42,387 nucleotides of DNA from Polyangiales bacterium (GCA_035686645.1 DASRZF010000378.1:1-42387); one strand, 5' to 3'; shown: positions 9,130 to 18,038, counted from the first letter of the stretch. A program made the numbers and translations. Notes: generated by a model from the sequence alone, not told the origin.

Positions 9130-10272
9130 ATGAGTCTCGCGGACGTGCTTGGCAGTCACCGCGTCGTGGTGACCGTCGGCAGCGGCGGAGTCGGCAAAAC
9201 CACGACAGCGGCAGCAATGGCCGTGCACGCGGCCATGGAAGGCCGGACGGTCCTATGCCTCACCATCGACCCTGCGCGACGCCTAGCCAATAGCCTCGGG
9301 CTCGATGAGATGAGGACCAGCGAGCAGGAGGTTCCGGGCACGCTCTTCGAGCGCAACGGCCTCGAATGCAAAGGCGCGCTCTCCGCGATGATGCTCGACA
9401 CGAAGCGGACTTTCGATGAGCTGGTGGAGAAATACGCTTCCGATGAAGGGGCGCGTGACCGCATCTTGAACAACCAGATCTACCAGTACGTCGCGAGCTC
9501 GCTGGCGGGAACGCAAGAGTACATGGCGATGGAGAAGCTCCACGAGGTGCGCAAGGATCCGAAGTGGGACCTGATCGTGCTCGACACCCCGCCCACTTCG
9601 AGCGCCCTCGACTTTCTGACTGCGCCCGAGCGACTGATCGACGCGATCGACTCTCCTGCGATGCGCTGGTTTCTGCAAGTGTTCGAAGGCGCCGGCAAAG
9701 AGGCTTTCGGCTTGGTGGGACGCGGCGCGACCGTGCTTCTCAAAGGCATCGGAAGGATTACGGGCCTCGAATTCTTGGAACAGGTCGCAGGATTCGTGGG
9801 TGGGATCAACGAGCTCTTCGGCGGCTTCAAGGATCGCGCCGAGCAGGTGTCAAACGCGCTTCGAAGCCCTGAAGTGGCGTTCGTGCTCGTGACCAGCCCC
9901 GATCCGATGGCGATCGGCGAAGCGCGTTACTTCAGCGACACCTTGCAAGCGTCCGGCATGAACCGCGAGGCGATCATCGTCAATCAGGTGCATGCGATCA
10001 TCGACCCGCCCGACCTCACACCCGAAGAACAGGTGCGGGCGCTGCGCGAGGTCCTGCCTCCGTCGATCGACGCCGCCGATCTTCAGCCACGTCTTCGCGA
10101 AGCCCTGGAGACCGAGCATCTGTGGGCGATTGCCGACCGAGCCGAGGTCGACCGATTGGACGAGCAAGTGGGAAAAGATACCCTTATCGTGGAAGTGCCC
10201 GCATTCGATCAAGACGTCCACGACCTCGCGGCACTCGCAAGAGTGGCTTCCTATCTGACGGGGACCAGCTGA
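9130..10272 (+). CDS. ArsA/GET3-family (anion-transporting-type) P-loop ATPase
   Basis: 380 aa. Deviant Walker A VGSGGVGKTTTAAA, then LTIDPARRLANSLG, and DLIVLDTPPT (Walker B / switch). Confidence 0.85.
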   Translation: MSLADVLGSHRVVVTVGSGGVGKTTTAAAMAVHAAMEGRTVLCLTIDPARRLANSLGLDEMRTSEQEVPGTLFERNGLECKGALSAMMLDTKRTFDELVEKYASDEGARDRILNNQIYQYVASSLAGTQEYMAMEKLHEVRKDPKWDLIVLDTPPTSSALDFLTAPERLIDAIDSPAMRWFLQVFEGAGKEAFGLVGRGATVLLKGIGRITGLEFLEQVAGFVGGINELFGGFKDRAEQVSNALRSPEVAFVLVTSPDPMAIGEARYFSDTLQASGMNREAIIVNQVHAIIDPPDLTPEEQVRALREVLPPSIDAADLQPRLREALETEHLWAIADRAEVDRLDEQVGKDTLIVEVPAFDQDVHDLAALARVASYLTGTS

Positions 10273-10280
10273 TCGCAACC

Positions 10281-12311
10281 ATGCCAACCGACTCATCCAC
10301 TAGCTGGAGCGCCATCATCCTCGCTGCCGGAGAAGGCACGCGCATGAAGAACCGCCGCCCCAAGGTCCTCCACGAAATCGCAGGACGTGCGCTCGTTTCC
10401 TGGGTCGTGCAGAGTGCTCTCGATGCCGGCGTATCTCGCTGCCTCGTGGTGGTGGGTCACGGCCGCAACGACGTCGAGCGCGAGCTGCTGGGCCGGTTTG
10501 GCGAGCGGGTTGAGATGGTGCTGCAGCCGGAGCGTCGCGGGACTGGCGACGCAGTGCGCTGCGCGATGGAAGCTGACTCGCGCCTCGACGGGCGAATCCT
10601 GATCCTCTACGGCGACTGCCCCCTGATCCCGCCAGCGCTACTTCGAGAACTGATGAAACGGTCCGATGAAGCGCGGGCCGACCTCGGATTGGTCACCGCC
10701 ACGATCGCCGAGCCGGATGGCTACGGCCGAATCGTCCGCAATGAATCGGGCCAAGTGCAGCGGATCGTGGAGCATCGGGACTGCACCGAAGACGAGTTGC
10801 GCATCCAGGAGGTCAATCCTGGGCTCTACACGATGCGCGAAGATTTCCTGCGCAAATCCATCACGCAGCTGACCCCCGACAACGCCCAGGGCCAACTCTA
10901 CTTGACGGATCTCGTCGAGCTGGCCTCCAAGCACGGTCGGGTGGTGGATCTGGAGGGCGACATGTCCAATCTCAGCGGAGTCAATGACCAACGGGATCTC
11001 GCGCTCGCCGCCGCCGCGCAGAGGCAACGGGTCGCTCACGATTTGGCAAGCAGTGGCGTGCTCGTTTCCGACCTGGCAACGCTGTACATCGACGCTGAAT
11101 GTGAAGTCGAACCTGGCGCATCGCTGGGGGCCAATGTCCACCTTCGGGGGCGCTGCCTAGTCCGGACCGGCGCAAGCATCGACGTGGGTTGCGTTCTCAG
11201 CAACGTCGTCGTCGAGAAGGATGCGAGAGTTCTGCCCTATACGGTCGCGACCGACTCCACGATCGGAGAAGGCGCGCAGGTCGGTCCATTCAGCCACTTA
11301 CGCCCCCACACGGAGCTCGGTCCACACAGCAAGATCGGAAACTTCTCAGAGACCAAGAAGACGACGATCGGCGTTGGCTCGAAGATCAACCATCTTTCCT
11401 ACGTTGGGGACGGCGTGATCGGGGATGGCGTGAACATCGGTGCTGGGACGATCTTCTGCAACTACGACGGGGCTCAGAAGCACGTCACGGTGCTCGAGGA
11501 CGGCGTCTTCATCGGGAGCGACACCCAACTCATCGCACCCGTGACCATCAAGAAGGGGGCATACGTGGCGAGCGGAACGACCGTCACTCGCGACGTTCCC
11601 GAAGATGCGCTGGCGATGTCGCGAACCAAGCAAGAAAACAAGGAGGGCTATGCAGCCCGCCTTCGGGCGCGCCTCCGCGGGAGCAAGAAGCCCTCGCCGA
11701 CCGGCGCCTCAGAAAGTGATCGTGAAGGTTCCGCCGCCCGGGGTGGCGCTGAAATCGAAGTCCGGGCCTTCTGCGCTCCGCTCGTAATACTTGCTGGAAC
11801 ACGCGATGCCCCGGTAGGCCTCGTAAGCTTTAGACGCGCCGCGCGGTGCGGTCGCTGTCTGGAGAGCGAGAAGGAGTGGGGGACCGACGTACATTCCCGC
11901 CGTGAGACCACGGCTCTGGCCCTTCCACTGAGTCGCTTTGACCGTTCCGCCCACGACGCCGTAGATGAGCATGCCCGCAACGCCCAGAGCTCCTCCGGAG
12001 AGCTCCTGAACGGAGGCAGCCTTCTCCAAGGTTTCCGTGGCATACAGAAGCTTCGCGCGGCGCGCCTCCTCGGTGCTGTCATCTTTGCGCCTGATGCGTT
12101 TGGCGCCCCAGACGTCTGGCGCAGGGATGATCATATGCGTGAGGCCGACGAAGTAGCTGCCCGCCGCGAGATACGCCCAACCGAACTTGTCGGCCTGATC
12201 GTTGTCCTGCGCCGCGTGTACGGCGGCGTAGGTCATGCCGCCGCCCCCAGCGAGGAAAAGGCTCATCCAGACGTAGCGCCACCGGGTCGCTTGCTTCTTG
12301 CCGTCCTGTAG
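10281..12311 (+). CDS. glmU: Bifunctional UDP-N-acetylglucosamine pyrophosphorylase / GlcN-1-P acetyltransferase (3' end anomalous)
   Basis: Start at MPTDSSTSWSAIILAAGEGTRMK (ATG 10281, LxxGxGTRM motif), then left-handed beta-helix hexapeptide repeats. The canonical end is expected near ...KEGYAARLRARLRGSKK (~11690), but the first in-frame stop is TAG at 12309-12311. The part of the track ORF upstream of 10281 overlaps the ArsA gene and was trimmed. Confidence 0.85.
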   Translation: MPTDSSTSWSAIILAAGEGTRMKNRRPKVLHEIAGRALVSWVVQSALDAGVSRCLVVVGHGRNDVERELLGRFGERVEMVLQPERRGTGDAVRCAMEADSRLDGRILILYGDCPLIPPALLRELMKRSDEARADLGLVTATIAEPDGYGRIVRNESGQVQRIVEHRDCTEDELRIQEVNPGLYTMREDFLRKSITQLTPDNAQGQLYLTDLVELASKHGRVVDLEGDMSNLSGVNDQRDLALAAAAQRQRVAHDLASSGVLVSDLATLYIDAECEVEPGASLGANVHLRGRCLVRTGASIDVGCVLSNVVVEKDARVLPYTVATDSTIGEGAQVGPFSHLRPHTELGPHSKIGNFSETKKTTIGVGSKINHLSYVGDGVIGDGVNIGAGTIFCNYDGAQKHVTVLEDGVFIGSDTQLIAPVTIKKGAYVASGTTVTRDVPEDALAMSRTKQENKEGYAARLRARLRGSKKPSPTGASESDREGSAARGGAEIEVRAFCAPLVILAGTRDAPVGLVSFRRAARCGRCLESEKEWGTDVHSRRETTALALPLSRFDRSAHDAVDEHARNAQSSSGELLNGGSLLQGFRGIQKLRAARLLGAVIFAPDAFGAPDVWRRDDHMREADEVAARREIRPTELVGLIVVLRRVYGGVGHAAAPSEEKAHPDVAPPGRLLLAVL

Positions 12312-12494
12312 CTTCCCTTCGATGTACTTGATGCGATACTGCACCTCGTCATCGCTCAGCTCCTCGATACAGCTATAGGCATCTTGGGCTGTGGCCGCTC
12401 GAGGCGGAGCCAGAATCGTGAAAGCAAGCGCGCAGGTCAGGACCAGCGTGATGCGGTGGATGAGTGAGTTCGCGTTTCGATGATGTTCAGGCAC
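11709..12494 (-). CDS. Hypothetical secreted/membrane protein (signal peptide plus about 4 Gly-rich hydrophobic segments)
   Basis: 261 aa. N-terminal signal-like LIHRITLVLTCALAFTILAPPRAATA-QD lies outside the glmU frame. Hydrophobic segments WMSLFLAGGGGMTYAAV, WAYLAAGSYFVGL, GALGVAGMLIYGVVGG and GMYVGPPLLLAL. It ends ...GGGTFTITF. It overlaps the glmU read-through frame by 603 nt. Confidence 0.5.
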   Translation of the reverse strand: MPEHHRNANSLIHRITLVLTCALAFTILAPPRAATAQDAYSCIEELSDDEVQYRIKYIEGKLQDGKKQATRWRYVWMSLFLAGGGGMTYAAVHAAQDNDQADKFGWAYLAAGSYFVGLTHMIIPAPDVWGAKRIRRKDDSTEEARRAKLLYATETLEKAASVQELSGGALGVAGMLIYGVVGGTVKATQWKGQSRGLTAGMYVGPPLLLALQTATAPRGASKAYEAYRGIACSSKYYERSAEGPDFDFSATPGGGTFTITF

Positions 12495-12640
12495 AACCTA
12501 CCCCTGTTCGCCAGGTGGCCGGGATAGTACGCAAAACCTCCCCAAACTGCGATAGTCATTCGCATAATCAGTCACTTTTTTTCGGACCTTCGAATTCCCC
12601 GCAAATGTATGGATCCGGCGGGAACTAGATACTGTCGGGG

Positions 12641-13762
12641 GTGAAACGCGGGGTTCGGGCTCTATCGCAGCTGCCTCGACGGGCCGGATCGGGGCGTTAT
12701 GCTGGGGGCGTGGAAAGCGTGATTTTCAAGGTTCTCATCACAGTCGCGGCGCTGTCGGTGTTGATCATCATTCATGAGGGTGGACACTATTTGGCGGCCC
12801 GAGCGTTCGGGATGAGGGTCTTGCGATACAGCATCGGGTTTGGCCCGACGTTGTTTCGCTACCAGCCAAAAGGCAGCCCAACCGTCTTCCAGGTCGCGGT
12901 GATCCCGTTCCTTGCGTACGTGCAAATCGCCGGAATGAATCCAAACGAGGAAGTCGACCCAAACGATCCGGAGCTCTACCCGAACAAGAGCCTGTTCGCG
13001 CGGATCTCGACAATCGCCGCGGGACCGATCGCGAATTATCTCACCGCATCCGCGATCGTTTTCGGGCTGGGAGTGACCAACAGTCTGCCTCCGATGCAAC
13101 CTGCGGAGCCAATGGAGGTCGGTGAGGTGGTGCCTGAGTCGCCTGCGGCGGTGGCCGGTTTGCAGGAAGGCGACATCATCGTCGTGGCGAACGGCCAAGC
13201 GATCAAGAACGTTTCCGATCTCATCGATGCGACCACGCCGCGTGCCGGCGAGCCGACACTCTACGTGGTGGAGCGCGAAGGCCAGGTCCTGCCGCCCATC
13301 ACGATAACCCCTGCAGACCGAGGCGGACGCGGCCAGATCGGCGTCAGCGCCAAGATGATTCGGCTCTATTCGAACCTCAACGCCTGGGAATCCGCCAAGC
13401 TCTCGATCGCGCTTCCCTATCAGATGACGATGGCTCAGCTCAATGGGCTCGCCGAGATGGTGGAACGGCGGAGCACCGAGGGCATCGGCGGCCCGGTGAT
13501 GATGGGCAAGATGGTCGCCGACGCTGCTGAGGCCGGATTGCCAGCCTTTCTGTGGATATTGATGTTCATCTCGGTGGCCCTCGGGATGTTCAATTTGCTG
13601 CCGTTTCCTGCGCTCGACGGGGGTCGACTCATCTTCCTCGGATACGAGGCGATTACGCGCCGACGAGCCAACGAGCGGTTCGAGATGGCCGTCCACGCAT
13701 TCGGAATCGTGCTGCTATTGGGGGTCATGATCCTCGTCACGTATCGCGACATTTTCGGATAG
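12641..13762 (+). CDS. rseP: RIP metalloprotease RseP (site-2 protease, M50 family, with PDZ domain)
   Basis: HEGGHYLAARAFG (HExxH) near the N-terminus, a PDZ-like segment (PAAVAGLQEGDIIVVANG), and C-terminal FNLLPFPALDGG. The real start may be an internal GTG at 12710 or 12719, because HExxH normally sits about 20 aa from the start. Confidence 0.85.
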   Translation: MKRGVRALSQLPRRAGSGRYAGGVESVIFKVLITVAALSVLIIIHEGGHYLAARAFGMRVLRYSIGFGPTLFRYQPKGSPTVFQVAVIPFLAYVQIAGMNPNEEVDPNDPELYPNKSLFARISTIAAGPIANYLTASAIVFGLGVTNSLPPMQPAEPMEVGEVVPESPAAVAGLQEGDIIVVANGQAIKNVSDLIDATTPRAGEPTLYVVEREGQVLPPITITPADRGGRGQIGVSAKMIRLYSNLNAWESAKLSIALPYQMTMAQLNGLAEMVERRSTEGIGGPVMMGKMVADAAEAGLPAFLWILMFISVALGMFNLLPFPALDGGRLIFLGYEAITRRRANERFEMAVHAFGIVLLLGVMILVTYRDIFG

Positions 13763-13800
13763 GCGCTTGCCGCGCAAAGCGGAGCGTGTAGCTTCCGGAA

Positions 13801-14916
13801 ATGCATCCCGATGTCATCGTAGTCGGAGGCGGCTTGATGGGTTGCAGCGTCGCCTACCGCCTCGCCAAAGACGGGGTTCGCGTCCTCGTTCTCGAACGCA
13901 GCATCCCTGGAGCCGAAGCGTCGTCTGCGGCGGCGGGGATCCTCGGACCCACCGTCGAGTCATTCGACGACGCATTTGCCCTTCAGCTCGGCCGGCGCAG
14001 TCGTGAGCTCCATGCCGAGCTCGCTGACGAGCTCGACGAGCTTTTCGGGATCGACGTCGGATTTCGGCGCTCTGGGGTTCTCAAGGTCGCGTTCGATGAG
14101 GAGGAGCTTGCGGAGCTCGATACGCAAGCCTCCAAACTCGAAATACACCGCGTCCGTTGCGATCGCTGGAGCCCCAAAGAGCTGCTCAGCGAAGAACCTG
14201 CCGCCAGTCGGGAAGCACTCGGAGCACTCAGCATCGCTGAAGATGCGCAGGTGGAGCCTAAGAAGTTGTTGTCGGCCGTTGCTCTCGGGGCGGAGCGCGA
14301 AGGCGCGACCTTTCGCAGCGGATCCACGGTCCGCGCGGTGCATACGGAAGGCGGCCGGGCCCGCGGCGTGCAACTCGGCGACGAGCTCATCGAGGCAGAT
14401 CAGATTGTCGTCGCTGCGGGCAGTTGGACCACTCTGATTCCGGGTCTCCCATTCGATTCCGATACGATCTATCCGGTGCGCGGCCAGATGATCGCAACCC
14501 ACACGCGTCCCCCCGTCTTCAGGCGAATCGTTTTTGGCGCTGGCGGCTACGTGGTCACGCGCCCAGACGGCCGCGTCCTTTGCGGCTCTACGATGGAACA
14601 CGTCGGTTTCGAGCGCGGAATCACTTTCGGAGGGATGGCCGACGTCATCGGCAAGGCCACGCGTCTTGCGCCCGGTCTCCGATCGGCTCCCATCGACGAC
14701 CACTGGTCGAGCTTTCGCCCCGGTACGTCGGACGGCCTACCGCTGGTCGGCGAGACGCGGATCGCCGGATTGTTCCTTGCCAGCGGGCATCATCGTAATG
14801 GAATCCTGCTCGCACCGCTGACCGCCGAGCTCATCTCGGACGCCTTGTCCGGGAAAGCGCCATCGCGCGAGGCGCAGGCACTCTCCCCGAAGCGCTTCGA
14901 GGAATCGCAAACATGA
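13801..14916 (+). CDS. FAD-dependent oxidoreductase (DAO family), glycine oxidase ThiO-like
   Basis: N-terminal dinucleotide fold DVIVVGGGLMGCSVAYRLA, and C-terminal ASGHHRNGILLAP as in ThiO/DAO enzymes. Confidence 0.75.
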   Translation: MHPDVIVVGGGLMGCSVAYRLAKDGVRVLVLERSIPGAEASSAAAGILGPTVESFDDAFALQLGRRSRELHAELADELDELFGIDVGFRRSGVLKVAFDEEELAELDTQASKLEIHRVRCDRWSPKELLSEEPAASREALGALSIAEDAQVEPKKLLSAVALGAEREGATFRSGSTVRAVHTEGGRARGVQLGDELIEADQIVVAAGSWTTLIPGLPFDSDTIYPVRGQMIATHTRPPVFRRIVFGAGGYVVTRPDGRVLCGSTMEHVGFERGITFGGMADVIGKATRLAPGLRSAPIDDHWSSFRPGTSDGLPLVGETRIAGLFLASGHHRNGILLAPLTAELISDALSGKAPSREAQALSPKRFEESQT

Positions 14917-15773
14917 CCATCGGCACGGACGAAGTTCTCGTTGCCAACGGCCTTCGACATCACGTGATCCGCTGGGGCGACGCTCCGGTCGACGTAGTCC
15001 TTTGCCATGGCTTTCTGGACATCGGTTGGAGCTTTCGCGCCGTCGCAAACGAGCTCGTCGCCGCAGGACACGGGGTCGCTTCGTTCGACTGGCGCGGTCA
15101 CGGGCAGACCGAATGGATTGGAGCCGGCGGCTACTATCACTTTCCGGACTACGCACTCGATCTGGAGGATTTGCTCCCTCAGCTGAGTCGAGAGCCCGTC
15201 CATCTGGTCGGGCACTCCATGGGCGGTTCGGCGTGCGTCATGTACGCCGCAGCACGCCCCGAGAGAGTGCGAAGCTTGACGTTGGTCGAAGGTATCGGCC
15301 CCCCGGAGATGGAGCCGCGCGACCCTGCGACACGCTTGCGCGCTTGGCTCGACGGGGTCGCAAAGGTCCGGGGACGCGCCGCTCGCCCGATGAGCAGCGT
15401 CGAGAGCGCTGTGGCCCGGATGCGTATCCAAAACCCCGAGCTGAGCGATGAGCTCGGTGCGTTTCTGGTCAGCAAGAGCACGAGACCGGTGGATGGCGGG
15501 CTTCAATGGAGTTTCGATCCACTGCACAAGACCTGGTCCCCGCGGCCCTTCGAGACCCAATCGTTTTGCAGGCTTCTCGAAGCGATCTCGGCCCCTACCC
15601 TCATCGTCGCCGGAGAACGCGGCTTCCGATTGGCGGACGAAGAGGACCGGGTCGCGAAGATCAAACAGAAGCGCTTCGTCGAAATCGCCGATGTCGGGCA
15701 CATGATTCACTGGTTCAAACCGCGTGTGCTCGCTGAAGAGCTCGCTGACTTTTTCGAGGCGCATGCGCCTTGA
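14913..15773 (+). CDS. Alpha/beta hydrolase
   Basis: HGFLD oxyanion motif, nucleophile elbow GHSMGG, and a late GHMIH histidine. Its ATG overlaps the upstream stop (ATGA). Confidence 0.85.
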   Translation: MTIGTDEVLVANGLRHHVIRWGDAPVDVVLCHGFLDIGWSFRAVANELVAAGHGVASFDWRGHGQTEWIGAGGYYHFPDYALDLEDLLPQLSREPVHLVGHSMGGSACVMYAAARPERVRSLTLVEGIGPPEMEPRDPATRLRAWLDGVAKVRGRAARPMSSVESAVARMRIQNPELSDELGAFLVSKSTRPVDGGLQWSFDPLHKTWSPRPFETQSFCRLLEAISAPTLIVAGERGFRLADEEDRVAKIKQKRFVEIADVGHMIHWFKPRVLAEELADFFEAHAP

Positions 15774-15788
15774 CCGGGTGATAGCCTC

Positions 15789-16751
15789 GTGAAACGCTGC
15801 CTTTCCATGCGACGGATTTTTTTGCTTTCCCTCGTGCTGGTCGGTGTCCTGGCGGTTCAAGCGCTTGCCGAAGACACGCCCCCGAGTCCCGATGAAAGCC
15901 GCCGCGGGAAGGTCTTTGCAAAGGTAGGCACTGCGACGATCACCGTGGGCGATCTCGAAGACATCATCAACGCGCGCTCTCCATATGCCCGGATGAGGTT
16001 TGTCGACCCCGAGGTGCTCAGAGAGCTCGCAGACGAGCAGGTTCGTAACGAGCTTTTCTACCAGGGCGCCGAGAAGCTCGGCTATGCGGAGAATCCCGTG
16101 GTCCGGCAGTTCGTCGATCAGACGCTCGTTCAGATATTCGTCCGCGAGGATTTCGAGCAAGCCGTCACACCGGACGACGTCCCGGCGGAAGACGTCGCGC
16201 AGTACTACGAGGAGCACTCGGAAGAGTTTCGTCGGCCTGAGATGCGCCGCGCAAGGCACATCCTCGTAAGCAGTGAAAAGGAAGCCAACGCCATCCTCGA
16301 AGAGCTGAGATCTGACGCGGACGCAGCCTTTCGCGCCCTCGCGAAGCAAAAGAGCCTCGACACCGAGACGAACATGCGAGGTGGCGACCTGCTTTACTTC
16401 ACGGAGGACGGAAAACTCGTCGGCAAAGAGGCAGGCGAGTCCATCAATCCCACGCTCGCGAAAAGCGCGTTTGCGCTCGCGAGCACGGGTGACTTGAGCA
16501 AACCGCTCGACCTCGGCGATGGGAAGTGGAGCGTGCTCGAGCTCACGGGGATTCGACCAGAGCGCATCCAGACTTTGGAGCAGGCGACCGGCCTCATTCG
16601 TCGCAAGCTATGGCGAGCGGAGCGCGAAGGCGCTCTCGACAAGCTGATGGCCGACCTGCGCACCGAGCTGAAGCCGGAGGTCTATCCCGAGCGGATGGAT
16701 GCGATCGTTCTGGCGCCCAGCAGCGAGCCGATCGAGCCCCCGAACCAATAG
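15789..16751 (+). CDS. Parvulin-type peptidyl-prolyl isomerase (SurA/PrsA-like), secreted
   Basis: Signal peptide MRRIFLLSLVLVGVLAVQALA (an alternative ATG start at 15807). Parvulin core ARHILV...A..L....D..F..LAK..S.D..T...GGDLLYF. Confidence 0.8.
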   Translation: MKRCLSMRRIFLLSLVLVGVLAVQALAEDTPPSPDESRRGKVFAKVGTATITVGDLEDIINARSPYARMRFVDPEVLRELADEQVRNELFYQGAEKLGYAENPVVRQFVDQTLVQIFVREDFEQAVTPDDVPAEDVAQYYEEHSEEFRRPEMRRARHILVSSEKEANAILEELRSDADAAFRALAKQKSLDTETNMRGGDLLYFTEDGKLVGKEAGESINPTLAKSAFALASTGDLSKPLDLGDGKWSVLELTGIRPERIQTLEQATGLIRRKLWRAEREGALDKLMADLRTELKPEVYPERMDAIVLAPSSEPIEPPNQ

Positions 16752-16774
16752 AACACGCGGGCGCTGCTATGGGC

Positions 16775-16803
16775 TTGCCAATTCGCTGCGCTCCGGCTAC
16801 TAA
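16775..16803 (+). promoter_or_regulatory. Candidate sigma70-like promoter for the acyl-CoA dehydrogenase gene (TTGCCA-N17-TACTAA)
   Basis: TTGCCA at 16775-16780, a 17-nt spacer, then TACTAA at 16798-16803. By eye only. Confidence 0.35.
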
Positions 16804-16816
16804 ATGAACGTTCATT
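16803..16816. promoter_or_regulatory. Perfect 14-bp palindrome AATGAACGTTCATT, a candidate repressor operator
   Basis: The sequence is its own reverse complement. It abuts the putative -10 element and ends 21 nt before the ATG at 16838, just upstream of the AGGGAG Shine-Dalgarno. It is AT-rich in a GC-rich genome. Confidence 0.45.
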
Positions 16817-16837
16817 CATTTTCGGAGCCAGGGAGCT

Positions 16838-18016
16838 ATGTCATCTACATTCCAGCCCTTTAAGGAAGAGCATCGGATCTTCCGTCAGCAAGTTCGGACA
16901 TTCGTCGAAAGCGAGCTCGTGCCCAACGTCGACGAGTGGGAGGAGCAGAAGCTGTTCCCCAACTCGGTGTTCAAGCGAGCCGGTGAGCTCGGCATCATCG
17001 GAGCGCACTACCCCGAGGACGTGGGCGGCGGCGGCGGCGATTTCTGGATGAGCGTGGTCAAGTCGGAGGAGCTCGCGCGCTGCGGTTCTGCAGGTGTGAC
17101 CATGGGCTTGTTGGTTCAGTCAGACATGGCCACACCCGTGATCAACGATCTCGGCTCGCGTGAAGTCAAGGACGAGTTCTTGGCGCCCGCCATCAGCGGA
17201 GACAAGGTCGCCGCGCTCGGCGTGAGCGAGCCGGGCGCAGGCTCGGACGTTGCAGGCCTGCGGACCACCGCCCGAGCGGTCGGTGACGACTACGTGATCA
17301 ACGGCTCAAAGACATACATCACCAATGGCACTCGCGCCGACTTCGTCACTCTGATGGTGAAGACCGATCCGGACGCGGGCCACAGCGGTATTTCAATCAT
17401 AGTCTGTCCGACCGATGTCAAAGGCTTCAGCGTTTCGAAGAAATTGGAGAAAGCCGGCAACTGGTCGAGCGACACGGCAGAGCTTTTCTTCGAGGACGTA
17501 CGAGTTCCCAAACGCTACCTTCTCGGACAAGAAGGAATGGGATTCGTCTATCTCATGCAGAACTTCCAGTCGGAGCGACTGGTCGGCTGCGTAAGCGGGC
17601 TCGAAGGATCCAAGTTGGCTCTGGACCGTTCCGTGCAGTTTGGGCGCGAGCGCGTCGCGTTCGGAAAGCCCTTGATCAAGAGAGAGTACTGGCAGCAGAA
17701 GTTCGTCGACCTCTATACCAAGTACGAAGCCGCAAAGGCGCTCTCGTACAACGCATGCGCCGCGTACAACGAAGAAAAGTTCGTGAACGGCGGTATGTTG
17801 TCGATGGAGACGACGCGCATCGTCTCGATGGCCAAGGCCTACGTCGGGGACGTGACGGCCGAGATCATGGATCAATGCCTGCAGTTCCATGGCGGCATGG
17901 GATACCTCGAAGAGCTCTGGGTCGCGCGCGCGTGGCGTGATGCCCGGCTCTTCCGGATTGGCGGCGGCGCGACGGAAGTGATGCGCTACGCGATCGCGAA
18001 GATGATGGGCTTCTGA
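16838..18016 (+). CDS. Acyl-CoA dehydrogenase
   Basis: 392 aa. LGVSEPGAGSDVAGLRTTA, YVINGSKTYITNG, QFHGGMGYLEE and a RIGGGATEVM tail, all typical ACAD motifs. Confidence 0.92.
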   Translation: MSSTFQPFKEEHRIFRQQVRTFVESELVPNVDEWEEQKLFPNSVFKRAGELGIIGAHYPEDVGGGGGDFWMSVVKSEELARCGSAGVTMGLLVQSDMATPVINDLGSREVKDEFLAPAISGDKVAALGVSEPGAGSDVAGLRTTARAVGDDYVINGSKTYITNGTRADFVTLMVKTDPDAGHSGISIIVCPTDVKGFSVSKKLEKAGNWSSDTAELFFEDVRVPKRYLLGQEGMGFVYLMQNFQSERLVGCVSGLEGSKLALDRSVQFGRERVAFGKPLIKREYWQQKFVDLYTKYEAAKALSYNACAAYNEEKFVNGGMLSMETTRIVSMAKAYVGDVTAEIMDQCLQFHGGMGYLEELWVARAWRDARLFRIGGGATEVMRYAIAKMMGF

Positions 18017-18022
18017 GCGAAG

Positions 18023-18038
18023 GGTCGCCGCCGCGACC
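18023..18038 (+). terminator. Weak GC hairpin after the acyl-CoA dehydrogenase stop (GGTCGC-cgcc-GCGACC)
   Basis: 6-bp stem and 4-nt loop, 7 nt after the stop. No U-tract follows, so function as an intrinsic terminator is uncertain. Confidence 0.25.

Noticed and set aside
8373-9293. 306-aa plus-strand ORF running from inside hemC across the divergent promoter into the ArsA gene
   Set aside because: It is out of frame with hemC and ArsA, crosses an intergenic region, and has an extremely Arg-rich translation with no motifs.
10122-10280. N-terminal extension of the glmU track ORF
   Set aside because: It overlaps the 3' end of the ArsA-type ATPase gene in another frame. The canonical GlmU N-terminus (LAAGEGTRMK) follows the ATG at 10281.
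12662-13696. 344-aa minus-strand ORF opposite rseP
   Set aside because: The plus strand carries a clear HExxH/PDZ/LPFPALDGG site-2 protease. The antisense translation is Arg/His/Asp-rich junk.
14790-16349. 519-aa minus-strand ORF spanning the hydrolase and PPIase genes
   Set aside because: It runs antisense to two motif-supported plus-strand genes and across their intergenic gap. Its translation is Arg-rich and has no recognisable domain.
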